Position numbers and translations under genes: made by a program | Origin: Gekko japonicus | Taxonomy: Eukaryota | DNA length: 64,000 nt | NCBI RefSeq assembly: GCF_001447785.1 | Contig: NW_015166495.1 | Coordinates: forward strand, 160,113 to 224,112 | Reading direction: 5' to 3' | Shown here: positions 12,615-24,655 of the stretch, in pieces | Layout: every line of letters begins with the position of its first letter | Position numbering within the stretch: position 1 is the stretch's first letter | Notes under the pieces: generated by a model | What the model was told of the DNA's origin: nothing | The model's database searches: none | Seen by the model: the letters and a program-made list of their open reading frames with translations, nothing else

Positions 12615-13300
12615 TGTTCGAAGTTCCAGGTGGGAAGTCCCCTGTCTCACGCCTCCAGACTTCATGGCAAGAGAGACTAGATAGCTAGATAGGCACGTGA
12701 ACCTTTCTTCCTGTGTTTACTCTTCTGCCACTGTCCCCTTCGAAATGTAGATTGTGTTCCCAGGGACTATTTCCCTTCCTTCCATTCTCTCACTCACTTG
12801 AAGATGAACTCTCTCCCTTCATGCACCAAGAAAGATGACATGCTGTCCTCTCTCGGAACCTCTTGTCATCTGTTTCCATTCTTTAGCTAGTAACTCAGTA
12901 CTCTACCCTGTCTCTGCTCTTTCCTATATCGAGCGTGCTTCTCAAATAGAGAGGTATTTCTCTGTTAAACTTGCAACGTGACTCTGTGTAGCTTTGTAAG
13001 CTGGGTGTCCTGGTGAAGTGACGCTTCTGCATTTGTAGCTTTATTTAAGCACTCTGCTAACTAGTGGTAACTGGACTAACCACACTAGTTAACCCCAATA
13101 GGTCATGGACCCAGCCTTAATCAGGTAAATCAGCTAAACTAGGACTGGTACCACTGGAAATGTCTATGGATCCAAAGTATTGAATCTGCCTCCCTCCGCA
13201 GCTATAGACAAGACACTGGCTGACAGACTTGGTTCTTTGCAAGACAATAGGACTGGAATGCTGCTCCTGGCAGCCTGCTTGTAAACACAGAGCTTTAGAG
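12615..13300 (+). mobile_element. Copia-like LTR retrotransposon 5' end (LTR, PBS and leader)
   Basis: TG start at about 12615; aggtcatggacccag at about 13100 resembles the Copia PBS GGTTATGGGCCCAG. Confidence 0.55.
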
Positions 13301-13419
13301 AGAGAGAGGGGAGACCGAGAAGGAAAGAATCTTGGCTGAGACTTGGGACAAAAGATGTCCTCTAGTTTCTCTCATGTGCATCTGAGGTTTACCTTATGGT
13401 CCCACTTACTGGAAGATCA

Positions 13420-13598
13420 CTATGAGGTAGGTGGGGCTGAGAGAGCTCTTGAGAGAACTGCTCTTGAGAGAACAGCTCTGAGAGAATTTATGACTAACCC
13501 AAGATCACACCAGCAGCCGCATGTGAGGGAGTGGGGAATGAAACCTGGTTCTCCCAGATTAGAGTCCACACTCTTAGCCGCTACACCAAACTAGCTCT
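13420..13598 (-). mobile_element. Squam3-like SINE (partial)
   Basis: Matches 661-953. Confidence 0.8.
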
Positions 13599-13679
13599 AT
13601 AGTAGGTCTATAGCCTTAAGGATAGAATCTCACGGTCCACTTTCTCTCTTTTAGAAAAGGTCTCCCTTCTAGTCTTAAC

Positions 13680-14000
13680 AACAACAAGAAGAAACCTTTA
13701 TTAGCATTATACACTAAGGAGAATACAAGACATAAGAAGTACTCAAAACAGTTAACACAAATCTCGCTTTTTAGAAGCCAGATACAAAAAAGTTGCCACT
13801 ATTTCAACAGCTACAACATTTTATTGAGGAAAGAAGAAAAAAGGACTAATAATTATCAGATTGGCCTATTAAATCCTTTGACAACCTATCTAAACACTTA
13901 GCACGAATGTCAGCATAATAATCACAGTACAGAAGGACGTGCTCAGTACTTTCTACTTCCTTTCTTCCACAATCACATAGCCTCTGGTGTGGAAAGAGTC
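13680..14000 (-). mobile_element. LINE C-terminal zinc-knuckle fragment (Vingi-like)
   Basis: Minus strand reads RLCDCGRKEVESTEHVLLYC. A similar fragment lies at about 59500-60080. Confidence 0.55.
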
Positions 14001-14419
14001 ATTTTTGTCATTTTTCATCCACATTTTTTGGCACATTGCCTAACCCGCATAGCCAGAAGGCTTTACAGGACAATGAGCCCCATATCACACCGACTTAGTG
14101 GTGCCTCCATAGCTTTGGCCATTTTCACCTGAGCCTCGCCGCTACCAGCCTTTTGACCTTGGAGGGAACGGACAGCTTGGCTGCCTCCTTTTTTCTCCAA
14201 AGGCTCTTTCGTCAAGCCCTACAGCTCCGGCTGTGCAAGACGTATCGCCAACCTCTCTCAGTTCCTTTCTGATCTCTACGCACCCAAGACGGGATCTGCC
14301 AGTCTGCAGACCCAGTCTATGCCTATTGCCCACCAATGCCACCTCTTGGAGCAATCTTGCAGTTATCCACCAGTCCCTTCCTCTGATTGCTTCCCGGTTT
14401 GAAGTCACTTCCCGGTTTG

Positions 14420-14743
14420 AAGCCAGTTTGGTGTAATGGTTAAGTGCGCGGACTCTAATCTGGGAGAACCAGGCTTGATTCCCCACTCCTCCACTTGCAC
14501 CTGGCTGGATGACCTTGGGAAAGCCGTAGTTCTGATAAGAGCTGTTCTTGGAAAAGAGCAGTTTCTGTCAAGAGCTCTCTCAGCCCCACCTCCCTCACAA
14601 GGTGTCTGTTGTGGGGAGGGGAAGGGAAAGGGGTTTGTAAGCTTCTCTGAGACTCCTTTGAGTAGTGAAGGGAAGGGTATAAATCCAATCTCTTCTTCTT
14701 CTTCTTCTTCTTCTTCTTCTTCTTCTTCTTCTTCTTCTTCTTC
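14420..14743 (+). mobile_element. Squam3-like SINE with (TTC)n tail
   Basis: Full head, box A/B, and a (TTC)~17 tail. Confidence 0.88.
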
Positions 14744-14744
14744 T

Positions 14745-14935
14745 ACAATCCTATGGCAACCCTGTAGTGTTTTCAAGGCAAGAGACCATTGGAGGTGGTT
14801 TGCCATTGCCTGCCTCTGTGTCATGACCCTGTTCATCCTTGATGGTTCCCCATCTAAATGCTAGCCAGGGCAGACCCTGCTTAGCTTCTGAGATCTGACA
14901 AGATCGGGCTAGCCTGGGCTATCCAGGTGAGGGCT
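14745..14935 (-). mobile_element. 5S rRNA-derived SINE
   Basis: Minus strand GCCCGATCTTGTCAGATCTCAGAAGCTAAGCAGGGTC matches the 5S internal control region, followed by a non-5S tail. Confidence 0.8.
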
Positions 14936-14949
14936 TTTTAAACCTCTGC

Positions 14950-16480
14950 TAATGGGGCAAGACTTTTTTCTCCAGTATGTTGGCAACACTATAAAAAAAG
15001 ACAGTTAATTATTTCTGGTGGAAAATTCAAACTGGGGATGCGTAAATCATGCAAGAAACATTTTGACATCAAAACTGATTTTTAATTTTTAGACAATGGA
15101 GAAAGAAGTACAAAGAGCTGGTGACTTATCTTCAGACAAACTCAATTGGATACAAATGGTTATTTCTGGAAGGAGTGGCTTTTAAGATGAAAGACAAAAA
15201 AGAAAGAATTGACTCTGTTTTTAAAACCAAAGAATTCCTAAAGATTCAGCTGGGAAAGGGAGAGGAAGAAGGAAAAGACGATGACAACAGTTCGAGTGGC
15301 GAATTGGAAACGGAATCTTCTGGAGAAGACTCTCTGGCGAAGCAAGGGGCTGCTGCTCCAAAAAGTCCCTATAAACTGAGGAAGAGACGAGGAAAACAGA
15401 AATAGAGGCTGAAGGACTCTGAAATGTGCCTTGAAGTAAATGATGTAAAAATGTGATGATGGGGGGTATGGTTTCTGAGCAGTTAAATTTGTTAAAGAAA
15501 AGTGAAAAGGTGTGAAAAACTTGACTCAATTCATATTGACTTAAATGAGTTATGACTTATTGTAACTAAGCTTTTTTGAGGATCCCCTCTCTTGGGTTTT
15601 TAGGTATTAGTTGGTTTCTTTCCTTTCTCCCAATATATGTAGTACCCCATCCCTATTATTTTCTGTAGTATTGTAGATTTATAAAAATAATAAAAAATCC
15701 CCTCCAGGGGCTTTTAAAAAAATTAAAAACAAATATTACTATTACCTTACATAATATTTTAATCCAAAGGAGGGAGGGGGAGGTTAACAGCCATTTATAA
15801 CAAGCAAAGGAATATGTTTTATTTCTAATTTTCGTATAAGTACATAACAAAAATTGCCCAGCATTCACAAACGTTCTCTTTTTTATCATAAATTGTTTGT
15901 TTGCAATGCATCCCTTTGTAATATGTTAATTTAGTCAATAAGCCTAAACCAATCTTTTATTTAAACCAGTCTTTCCAGTATGCCACAATAACCATATTTG
16001 CAGCTGTAAACAGAGTGGTGGAGTTGTCTGAAGAAACTACCAGTACTTTTAAATATCCTAATAGGATTTTCTTAGGATCTGGTGGTATAGTACCACACAT
16101 AAACTAAACCATATCTTGCCAAAATAGGTCAGGTTTGGACATATCCATGCTACATGTTTCAAATTTGCATTTCCCAATCGAATTTTCAACATATATCCAT
16201 TGTATTTCTATATGTAATAACTAGTTCATAAAGGATAAGATACCACTGCAAAAGTACTTTCCAAAAAAAATTTCTTTCAGACGCAGATAATTTCAGGTGC
16301 ACGTTTTCCCAAATCCAATTCCGTTTCTCTAAACTTAAACCAGGTCATTAATTTTCCCCTCATTTGACCAAGTAGCTTAATGGAATAGTATCTAAACTTA
16401 ATAACAATTAGTGAGCTTGAGCAATCAAGCCACCAGAGATATAATTATCTAGATATAAGTGCAGTAGCACCATAGAGACC
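14950..16480. mobile_element. Two degraded L1-like 3' fragments, tail to tail
   Basis: A-rich + strand ending aataataaaaaa at about 15697; T-rich segment with ORF2 C-terminal-like residues on the minus strand. Confidence 0.45.
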
Positions 16481-16734
16481 CAAAAATATTTATTTATTTA
16501 TTTATTTATTTAGATTTTTTCCCCCGTCACTGCTCACCCAAAGGATCTTGCAGCAACTTACAACATTAAAACCAATCAGGGAAAAACAACACAAAAACAA
16601 ATCACAAATGTAAAATATTAACATTAAAACATTAAACTCTTAAAATACGTGGCTATCACTGTACCACTAAGAAAAACAGCCCAAACATATGGTTACCTTC
16701 CAAAGGCCAACCTTGACAATTCAGCCTTCCATTC

Positions 16735-16915
16735 CCTGAAAGAGATTTTCAAGGTATGAGCTTTCAATACTCAAAGCTCCCTTAATCAGATCCGTATCAG
16801 ATACAGTCAAATAATCTCAAAAATTTATACCCTGAAACTCTTGTTGATCTCTAAGAGGCTACTGGACCTGACTCTGACCCTTCTACTGCAGACCAACATG
16901 GCTACCCTCTGATAC
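16735..16915. mobile_element. Penelope-type terminal fragment (partly inverted)
   Basis: aaggtatgagctttc..cagat and ctcttgttgatctctaag..ctactggac..cagaccaacatggctac. Related pieces at about 11690 and 12510-12610. Confidence 0.55.
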
Positions 16916-17034
16916 TAGAGATATGATTGTCACTAATCAATAAAACCATTATCCTTTCTCTACACGGCAACATTAGGGACCAGGAGCACCCCGAAGATCA
17001 ACAACATTTCCCAGTTGCTAGCAAGATCCCCATT

Positions 17035-17961
17035 CTACTTTCTGGAAAGCGCCCTCGACAGAGCTCCTTTTACATCTCTGTTCCTCAGGCTGTAGATTAG
17101 GGGGTTAAGCATCGGGATGACCACCCCGTAGAACACCGACGTCACCTTCTCTCCATTTGTGAAAGTCTTCTTCTGAGGCCGCAAGTACAAGGCCATGGTT
17201 GTGCCGTAGAAGATTCCCACCACGACCAAGTGGGACCCGCAGGTTGACAAGGCCTTACTCCATCCATGGTCAGACCGAATGCGCAGCACAGCCAGGCCAA
17301 TGCGTCCGTATGTCACCAGGATGAAAGCAAAGGGCATGAGCAAGGTGAAGATGCTATTCATGATCATAACCAATCCACTGGCACGGGTATCTGAGCACAC
17401 CAGTTTCAACATTGCCTGGACTTCGCACTTGAAATGGTTCACCACATTGCTCCCACACAAACGACCCCGCATGCCAAAGGCTGGGACAATGGACAAGAAG
17501 AAGGAGGAGACCCACAAGCCAGTTGCCAGCAGGATGCACACCTTCCGGTTCATGATTACACTGTACCGCAGGGGGCTGCAAATTGCTACGTATCGATCGT
17601 ATGCCATAATGGCGAGCAGAAGACATTCTGCTACTGCCAGGAAGAGAGCGATGCCCATCTGGGCTAAACATCGGCCTAGAGAGACGGTGGGTCTGTCTGT
17701 AAAGCAGTGCGCCAGCATCTGAGGGACGGAAGTGGTGACGTAGCAGACGTCAATGAAGGAAAGGTTGCTAAGGAAGAAATACATGGGTGTGTGGAGGTGA
17801 GAATCGGTCAGAATCAGCGTAACGATGAGGCCATTCCCACCCACAGTGACCAAGTACATAGCCAGGAAGATAAAGAACAGTGCAGTCCGTACTTGGGGAT
17901 GGCTGGATAAACCCAGAAGCACAACTTCAGTTATTTCAGTTCCATTTTCCGTATCTTCCAT
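17035..17961 (-). CDS. Olfactory receptor, class II, 308 aa, divergent subfamily (OR-B)
   Basis: NGT sequon, LHTPMYFFLSNLS, MAYDRYVAICSPLRY, KALSTCGSH, PMLNPLIYSLRN. Acceptor ctttctctactttttcag lies 5 nt before the ATG (minus strand). Confidence 0.96.
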   Translation of the reverse strand: MEDTENGTEITEVVLLGLSSHPQVRTALFFIFLAMYLVTVGGNGLIVTLILTDSHLHTPMYFFLSNLSFIDVCYVTTSVPQMLAHCFTDRPTVSLGRCLAQMGIALFLAVAECLLLAIMAYDRYVAICSPLRYSVIMNRKVCILLATGLWVSSFFLSIVPAFGMRGRLCGSNVVNHFKCEVQAMLKLVCSDTRASGLVMIMNSIFTLLMPFAFILVTYGRIGLAVLRIRSDHGWSKALSTCGSHLVVVGIFYGTTMALYLRPQKKTFTNGEKVTSVFYGVVIPMLNPLIYSLRNRDVKGALSRALSRK

Positions 17962-18110
17962 GTTGCCTGAAAAAGTAGAGAAAGCCCGTGTCATGGTTAT
18001 AATTTACATGAAAGTCTCTCGGTTCACAACCTATGGCACTGATAGTGCTGTGATGTGGACAGATGTAAAAACAGGTTTGTTTGTTCTTTGCAGTGAACCG
18101 CTGCTGATGT

Positions 18111-18446
18111 AGGCCCAGTCTGCATGTAGCATTCACTCCGTTGTTTTACCAAATTCACACTTGAACAGAAAAAGATGCGGCTCAAAACCACGTCCAAATA
18201 CCCGGGGCCAATGCCATACTGACTGCAGAGTCACCCCTGAATGGACATAAAACGACCATAGATCTATGCAGACGGTACCATAAAACTGAGAGATCGAAGG
18301 AAGTGAAACCGACATGCAGTGTGGAGGATATAATAAAATCTGGCAATCAAGGAAAGTGAAAGCGGCATGCAATGCAGAGGGGAATTCCTGTTCCAACGTG
18401 GGTTTTGTAAAACAGCGGAGCGAATGCTAGATGCAGAACGGGCCTT
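18111..18446. mobile_element. MITE with long TIRs (PIF/Harbinger-like)
   Basis: Imperfect TIRs AGGCCCAGTCTGCATGTAGCATTC / GAATGCTAGATGCAGAACGGGCCT. Confidence 0.75.
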
Positions 18447-18526
18447 AATTGGAATGACCTGAGTAGTGTGGGTGCATCCGCCTGCACTGAAGCACAGTTT
18501 GTAAAATCCAAATAATCACTGACAGA

Positions 18527-18839
18527 CAGGGCTCTAGTCGGGGGGGAGCTCTCAGGTACGGAGCTCCGGAAGAGAACCTCTAGGGGGCGGGGCGGTCACG
18601 TGGTGAAGCCCCGCCCCCTTCTTTACCCCGCCCTCTGCTTCGATCCTCATTCCGTTTGGGAATGAGGATGAAGCAGGAGGGTAAGTAGCCGGGCCTTCTG
18701 ACACACTTCCGGTGATGTCAGGGGGTGTGGCCTTCTGTCACTTCCGGTGATGTCAGGGGGCGTGGCATATGCAAATAAGTTATGCTAATGAGTTATGCTA
18801 ATGAGCTCCGGCAGCTCTTTTTCTACAACAAGACCCCTG
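18527..18839. mobile_element. hAT MITE
   Basis: CAGGGG...CCCCTG ends, perfect 8-bp TSD CTGACAGA. Relative at 48815-49156. Confidence 0.9.
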
Positions 18840-19260
18840 CTGACAGATGTTTACCTGTGTCCTTAACAAACTTGGTGGAACACATTTCCCTTGAAGAATC
18901 TTAATATTTCCCCCATTCATTCTGCCCTCAATCCTTTCCCTCCTTGTCCTCCCTTTGATTATCTCAGAGATGGGCTGATCTCTGTCCTCTCTACACTAGG
19001 ACACATTTAAACACTAACGCTTGCCAAAAGCTAACAATCACCTGGGCACGAGTGCACACCTTCATTCATTCCAGTGTTCTTTCAAAGGGACCACACAGGG
19101 CTCCCACTAAGTATCTGTTCCTATTTGACTTGCTCCCCCTTCTCTGGCCACAGTCAGCGTATTATAGTTTCTGTGGGTCTTATCAGTTGTATGACCTGGT
19201 TGCTTCTGATTTCCTTTTTCTTTCACTTGTAATACATCTCTCAGTAATCATTGCTTCTAA

Positions 19261-19780
19261 GTGATGGCGAACCTAAACAGCATGATAAAAAGTAGAGACA
19301 TCACCCTGCCAACAAAAGTCCGCATGGTCAAAGCAATGGTATTCCAAGTAGTCATGTATGGCTGCGAGAGTTGGACTATAAGGAAGGCCGAGTGCCGAAG
19401 AATAGATGCTTTCCAATTATGGTGCTGGAGAAGACTCTTGAGAGTCCCTTGGACTGCAAGAAGATCAAATCAGTCAATCCTAAAAGAAATCCACCCTGAC
19501 TGTTCCCTGGAAGGCCAGATAATGAAACTGAAGCTCAAATACTTTGGCCACCAAATGAGAAGGGAGCACTCACTGGAGAAGACCCTGATGCTGGGAAAGA
19601 TTGAAGGTCAAAGAAGACGGGGACGGCAAAAGATGAGATGGTTAGACAGTGTCACAGATGCAATGAACATGAAACTGAGCCAACTTCAGAGGACGGAGGA
19701 AGACAGGAAGGCCTGGCAAGATCTGGTCCATGGGGTCGCGAAGAGTCGGACTCGACTGTGCGACTGAACAACAACAACAA
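19261..19780 (+). mobile_element. RTE-BovB LINE, 5'-truncated
   Basis: KSRDITLPTKV..YGCESWT..LWCWRRLLRVPWT..GRQKMRWLD, (CAA)n tail. Confidence 0.95.
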
Positions 19781-20284
19781 GGGAAAACAGAATTCCTTGT
19801 ATTTTAAGTTAAAATTTCATGCTTCTAAAAAACTATGTTTATTTATGGGTTCTTTAAAAACAGAAATGTATGCAACAGATCTATAAATAGATATATAGTT
19901 CCATTTTTTAAGACGATTCACAAGGTTTGATTATTTCTGGGAAAGTCACACAATTAAGTTCTGAACCAGTCAAACTCATATATTGCATCTGAAGAGCCAA
20001 AGAGGTTGTTTGTTGTTTATAGATGATACATAGAGTGCAGTGGGCATAAGTTCACCCCATTCCTTTGTGTAATTCAGAAGGGAATGCCTCATATGATGAC
20101 AACAGCCATCAACAGTTTTGATACTCAAAATAATGAATACTTTTTAAAAGTGTTTTTTAAAAGGTCTGTCTGATCACTCACCAATCAAGTACACTTCTGA
20201 TTAGCAAAACTGTGCAGAAGCTGAAGGATTAAATTTCCCCTTCCCACGTGGTACTGATCCACATCACTTCTCTGTACACTTAGG

Positions 20285-21205
20285 ACACACTATGGAGAAA
20301 CAGAATATTTTCCAATTGGCAAATGTATCAGACAGGGATGTATTTTATCTCCTCATCACTTCAATCTCTATGCAGAAATTATAAGGAAAGTTGGATTAGA
20401 TTTTGATGACGGTGGAGTGTAAATTGGTGGAAGGAACATTAACAATTTGAGATATGCAGATGACACCACATTACTGGCAGAAAACAGTGAAGACTTGAAA
20501 TGTCTCCTGATGACGGTTGAAGCAGAAAGTGCCAAATGAGAATTACAGCTAACATCAAGAAGACAAAAGTAATGACTACCGGGGAATTACACAACTTTAA
20601 GGCTGATGACGAAGAAATTTAAATTGTTAAAGATGTTCTATCCCTTGGCTCCATCATCAACCAAAAAAGGAGACTGCAACCAAGAAATTAGAAGGAGATT
20701 GAGACTGGCAGGTACAGCCATGAAGGAGCATGGAAAGATTCTTAAGGATGTCTCACTTGCGACCAAGATCAAGACAGTGCATGCTACAGTATTCCCCATT
20801 ACTATATATGGACATGGAAGTTGGACAGTGAAGAAAGCTGACAGGAAGAAAGTTGGTTTATTTGAAATGTGGTCTTGGAGGAGAGAATTCTGAAACCATG
20901 GACTGCTGAAAAGACAATAAGTAGGTTATAGATCAAGTCAAGTCTGAACTCTCCCAGGAAGCTAAAATGACCAAACTGAGGCTACCATACTTTGGTCACA
21001 TTACGAGAAGACAAAATTCACTGGAAAAGACAATAATGCTTGAAAAAGTTGAAGGTAACAGGAAAAGAGGAAAACCCAACATGAGATGGGTGGACTCAGT
21101 CAAGGAAGCCAATGGCCCTCGGTTTGCAAGACCTGAGCAAGGCTAGCGGTAAAACATTTTAGAAGTCATTAATTGATAGGATCGTCAGAAGTCAGAAGCA
21201 ACTTG
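20285..21205 (+). mobile_element. Older RTE-clade LINE fragment
   Basis: RQGCILSP and NNLRYADDTTL motifs with frameshifts and stops. Confidence 0.88.
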
Positions 21206-21465
21206 ACACACACACACACACACAGAGAGAGGGGGGGGGCAGCGAGATAGATAGGAGAGACCCAGACCAAGAACAAAGTGTTCTGGAAGATTAAAGTCAC
21301 CAACCTCATTTTACAACAGAGAGTCAGCAGAGAATAATGTTCCTTTCTCTACAAGAAGAACTTAAAAAAAAAAAGCCCTCGGTTTGCAAGACCTGAGCAA
21401 GGCTAGCGGTAAAACATTTTAGAAGTCATTAATTGATAGGATCGTCAGAAGTCAGAAGCAACTTG

Positions 21466-21497
<32 letters not shown>

Positions 21498-21624
21498 AGG
21501 GGGGGGGGCAGCGAGATAGATAGGAGAGACCCAGACCAAGAACAAAGTGTTCTGGAAGATTAAAGTCACCAACCTCATTTTACAACAGAGAGTCAGCAGA
21601 GAATAATGTTCCTTTCTCTACAAG
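21115..21624. repeat. ~260-bp-period tandem duplication containing (CA)n
   Basis: gccctcggtttgcaag...ctctacaaga occurs twice, separated by an A tract; copies differ mainly in microsatellite length. Confidence 0.9.
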
Positions 21625-22169
21625 ATAATGTTCCTTTCTCTACAAAAAACCCTCGTGCCTGTTAAAAATATGTCACTGTAAAATATTTCCAGCTTATATT
21701 TTAAAGAAATCCGAGCACTAGTTTCCAGCATTCATTCGCTATCTAGCAATTCCATTAAGCTGATAACACATAAAACTAAATCAACACATGACTTAGGTCA
21801 ATATTGTGTAGTATAACAAAAAGCATTTAAAGGTTACCATAGATAGTACAATAAGAAGTCCTATCTGAGATTTGTGAGTAGAGGATATAGATGCCTTGCC
21901 AGTGCTTACTGAATCTGAATCTGTGAGAGAAAAGACCATTTCACTTGCAGACAGCCAGGATTCCAGCAAAAACAATCATGATTTTACCCTAGCACTTATA
22001 TCATACCTGTACGTCAAAGTTCCTGATCTCATCCTTGAAGATCATGCGGTCTTTGGGAAGTCCCATAGAGACCAATTAATGAAGAAGTGTAAGGTGGGAA
22101 AGGGCTTTTCTGCTTCCGCAATTCACAAAAGTCATCACAGTGTGCCTCAGAAGGTCAGTCCGGACTCAA

Positions 22170-22890
22170 TGAATTGAAATTAAATTTTAAAAGTTTCTGG
22201 CTAAACATTAGGAAGAACTTCCTGATAGTTAGAATCAGGCCTGTCGCTACAGTGGGGCATTTCGGGGCCCGCCCCGCCGACTTCCTACCAAGGCCCCCTG
22301 ACTCTCTGGTAAGATGCAGTGGCCACCGTGAACTCCCCCACGCTGCCGTGGCTGCTGCTTCTCCTTGCCTCCCCCCCGTGCCTCACCTTTCTGCCCTGCA
22401 ACACACCGATCAAGTTAATTAAATTACATTTAATTGAATTAGCCACTTTAAATGCACCCCCCCGACTTAGAAATTCCTGGCTATGGGCCTGGTTAGAATG
22501 GTTCCTCAGTGGAACAGGCTTCCTTGGGAGGTGGTGGGCTCTCCATCTTTGGAGGTTTTTAAGCAGAGGCTAGATGGCCGTCTGACAGCAATCCTGATTC
22601 TATGAGTTACTATGAATTTAGGCAGATCATAAGAGGGAGGAGGGCAGGAAGGGAAGAGCGAGTTCTCGGCTCTTGCAACCCTTTCTTAGATGCCCAGTGG
22701 AATGCCAATTGCCAGTTTGTGGTCAGGAAAGACTTTTCTCCAGGCCAAATTGGCCCAGGGATGTTGGAGATTTTTTGGCCTCCTCTGGGCATAGAGCAAG
22801 GGTCCTTGGGGGACAGGGGGAGTTGTTGTGAATGTCCAGCATTGTGCAGGGGTTGGACTAGATGGCCCTTAGGATCCCTTCCAGCTTTAT
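22170..22890 (+). mobile_element. CR1 3' fragment interrupted by a MITE
   Basis: LNIRKNFL.VR..WNRL..EVV.SP motif pattern. Confidence 0.75.
22236..22491. mobile_element. hAT MITE family CAGGCCCGTAGC
   Basis: Perfect 8-bp TSD GTTAGAAT. Relative at 43245-43409 (TSD ctttcaga/ctgtcaga). Confidence 0.9.
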
Positions 22891-24556
22891 GTTTCTGTGT
22901 TTCTATTTTGGTGAGGATTTGAGCAAGGGCAGTTAAGTAACTGAAGACAAACTACCAGGCCCCTAGTTCTGTTGTCTACCACTGACTTTGGAGGCTTCTT
23001 TTGTGATTGTAAGCAGCTCCATGTTTGATATCTTAATGCTCTGGCTGTGATTTGAATGCTGAGTTGTAACAATTTTATGATTTGTTTTAACTGTATTTTA
23101 TTTTTGTAAGCCACCTGGGGCAGGATGCCTGGCATAGAAATTTTCCAGAAAACGTCTGTGGGACGACCCAATTAAGTACGAGAACAAAGCTCTTCCGTCT
23201 AAATATGTGATAAAATATATAAATCCACGCAAAAGGTCCAATGGGATCCACCAAAAGAAGAACAAACTCAAGGATGAGAATACAGAGTGGAAATTGTAAA
23301 TTTATTCAAACAGGTCATGTAGATATTTATTCAAACAAGTTGATTAGTTGATAAAGAGGTTTCCGGATTTAATTATTCTCCTCTTTTCTACATAGTCTTC
23401 TTCAGATCAAAACATATAGTCCTTGGGCGCAGAGCTTTACAATTTAAAGTAGGGAACACCACAATATTTACAAGAGCTCCAATTTACAACAGCCAAACCA
23501 GGACTACTTAGGCCACACGGCAGGGAAACCACGAGGCAAAAGCGCGGCTAATAGAGCCGCTCCAACGTTGAGACGCTGCGGCGGGATCCCACGGATCCCC
23601 TGGCCGCAGCGCCTCTTCTCCCCGGCAAGAGCAGACGCCAGGGAGGACGAGCCCGATGGGAGGGGGAGGCTGCCGAACTGCGCATGCCCGTGCATGCGCA
23701 GTACGGCCGGGGGCTGGGATGCGGCGGCGCAAGGATGCGCCGCCGATCCCACGGCCGGCTTGGGGCGCTCCAGACGGCTGCAACCACCTAGATAGGTGGT
23801 TCGTTTTTGCAGCGGGGTAGCGCCATTTGGGCCGGATCAGGGACGGAGACGGCACGCTCCCCAGATGTTGAGGTGGGATCGCGTCCGTTTGCTCCGCCCC
23901 TGTTCCGTCCCACTCCCGTCCCAAATGGGCTCGTATGAACGGGACCTGTATGTACTGGGATCCTGTGACTCTAAGCATCAGCTACCCTTGTGAGGGGGGG
24001 GTTGGAGGTGGAAACTATCTCTCCTCATTGAGAAGTGTCTTATTTTGGGGGTGTGAAATTAGAGAACCCCAAGTAATGGTCTTAGCCATTTGTTCTCATC
24101 TCAGTAATAGGGTCCAGGAATTGGCTCCACAGTCTCCATGTGGGATCACGTAGTGGGGAATGTGTGCAGGATTGTGGATCAGCCCTGCTGTCCCAAAGCA
24201 GGTGTCTGTGAAGATCATGCTCAGATTCTCCACATGGCCCTCTCCCATGCCCCTTTCTCTATCCTCTAATGAACTTTGTAGGACTTTACTCACCAGGACA
24301 GGCTACGGTGCCTTTCTAACTCCTTCTCCCCCCCCCCACCATTTCTCTTTACACTTTCTTTAAATTAGTTCTATTCTCTCTGGTTTAGATTTAGTAGAAG
24401 TTAGGATTTGTAGACCAATTATTTAGTGTTTGTATGTCCTCATGTTTCAGACTCTGCATTCAGTTTTCTGGTTCCCTTTGCTGTTCTTCTTTTCCTTATT
24501 AAAACCTTAACTTGAAACCAATGTCTGTTTATTTTTAAGAATCTGTACATCCTTAT

Positions 24557-24638
24557 AGTGTAGTGCAGTGCAGTGCAGTGCAGTGCAGTGCAGTGCAGTG
24601 CAGTGCAGTGCAGTGCAGTGCAGTGTAGTGTAGTGTAG
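24557..24638. repeat. (GCAGT)n/(GTAGT)n microsatellite
   Basis: Direct reading. Confidence 0.95.
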
Positions 24639-24655
24639 AATCTCTACATCCTTAT

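Noticed and set aside
14840-14935. 5S rRNA gene
   Set aside because: Partial, diverged and fused to a SINE tail.
24557-24638. CRISPR-like or other spaced repeat array
   Set aside because: Simple microsatellite with no spacers, in eukaryotic DNA.
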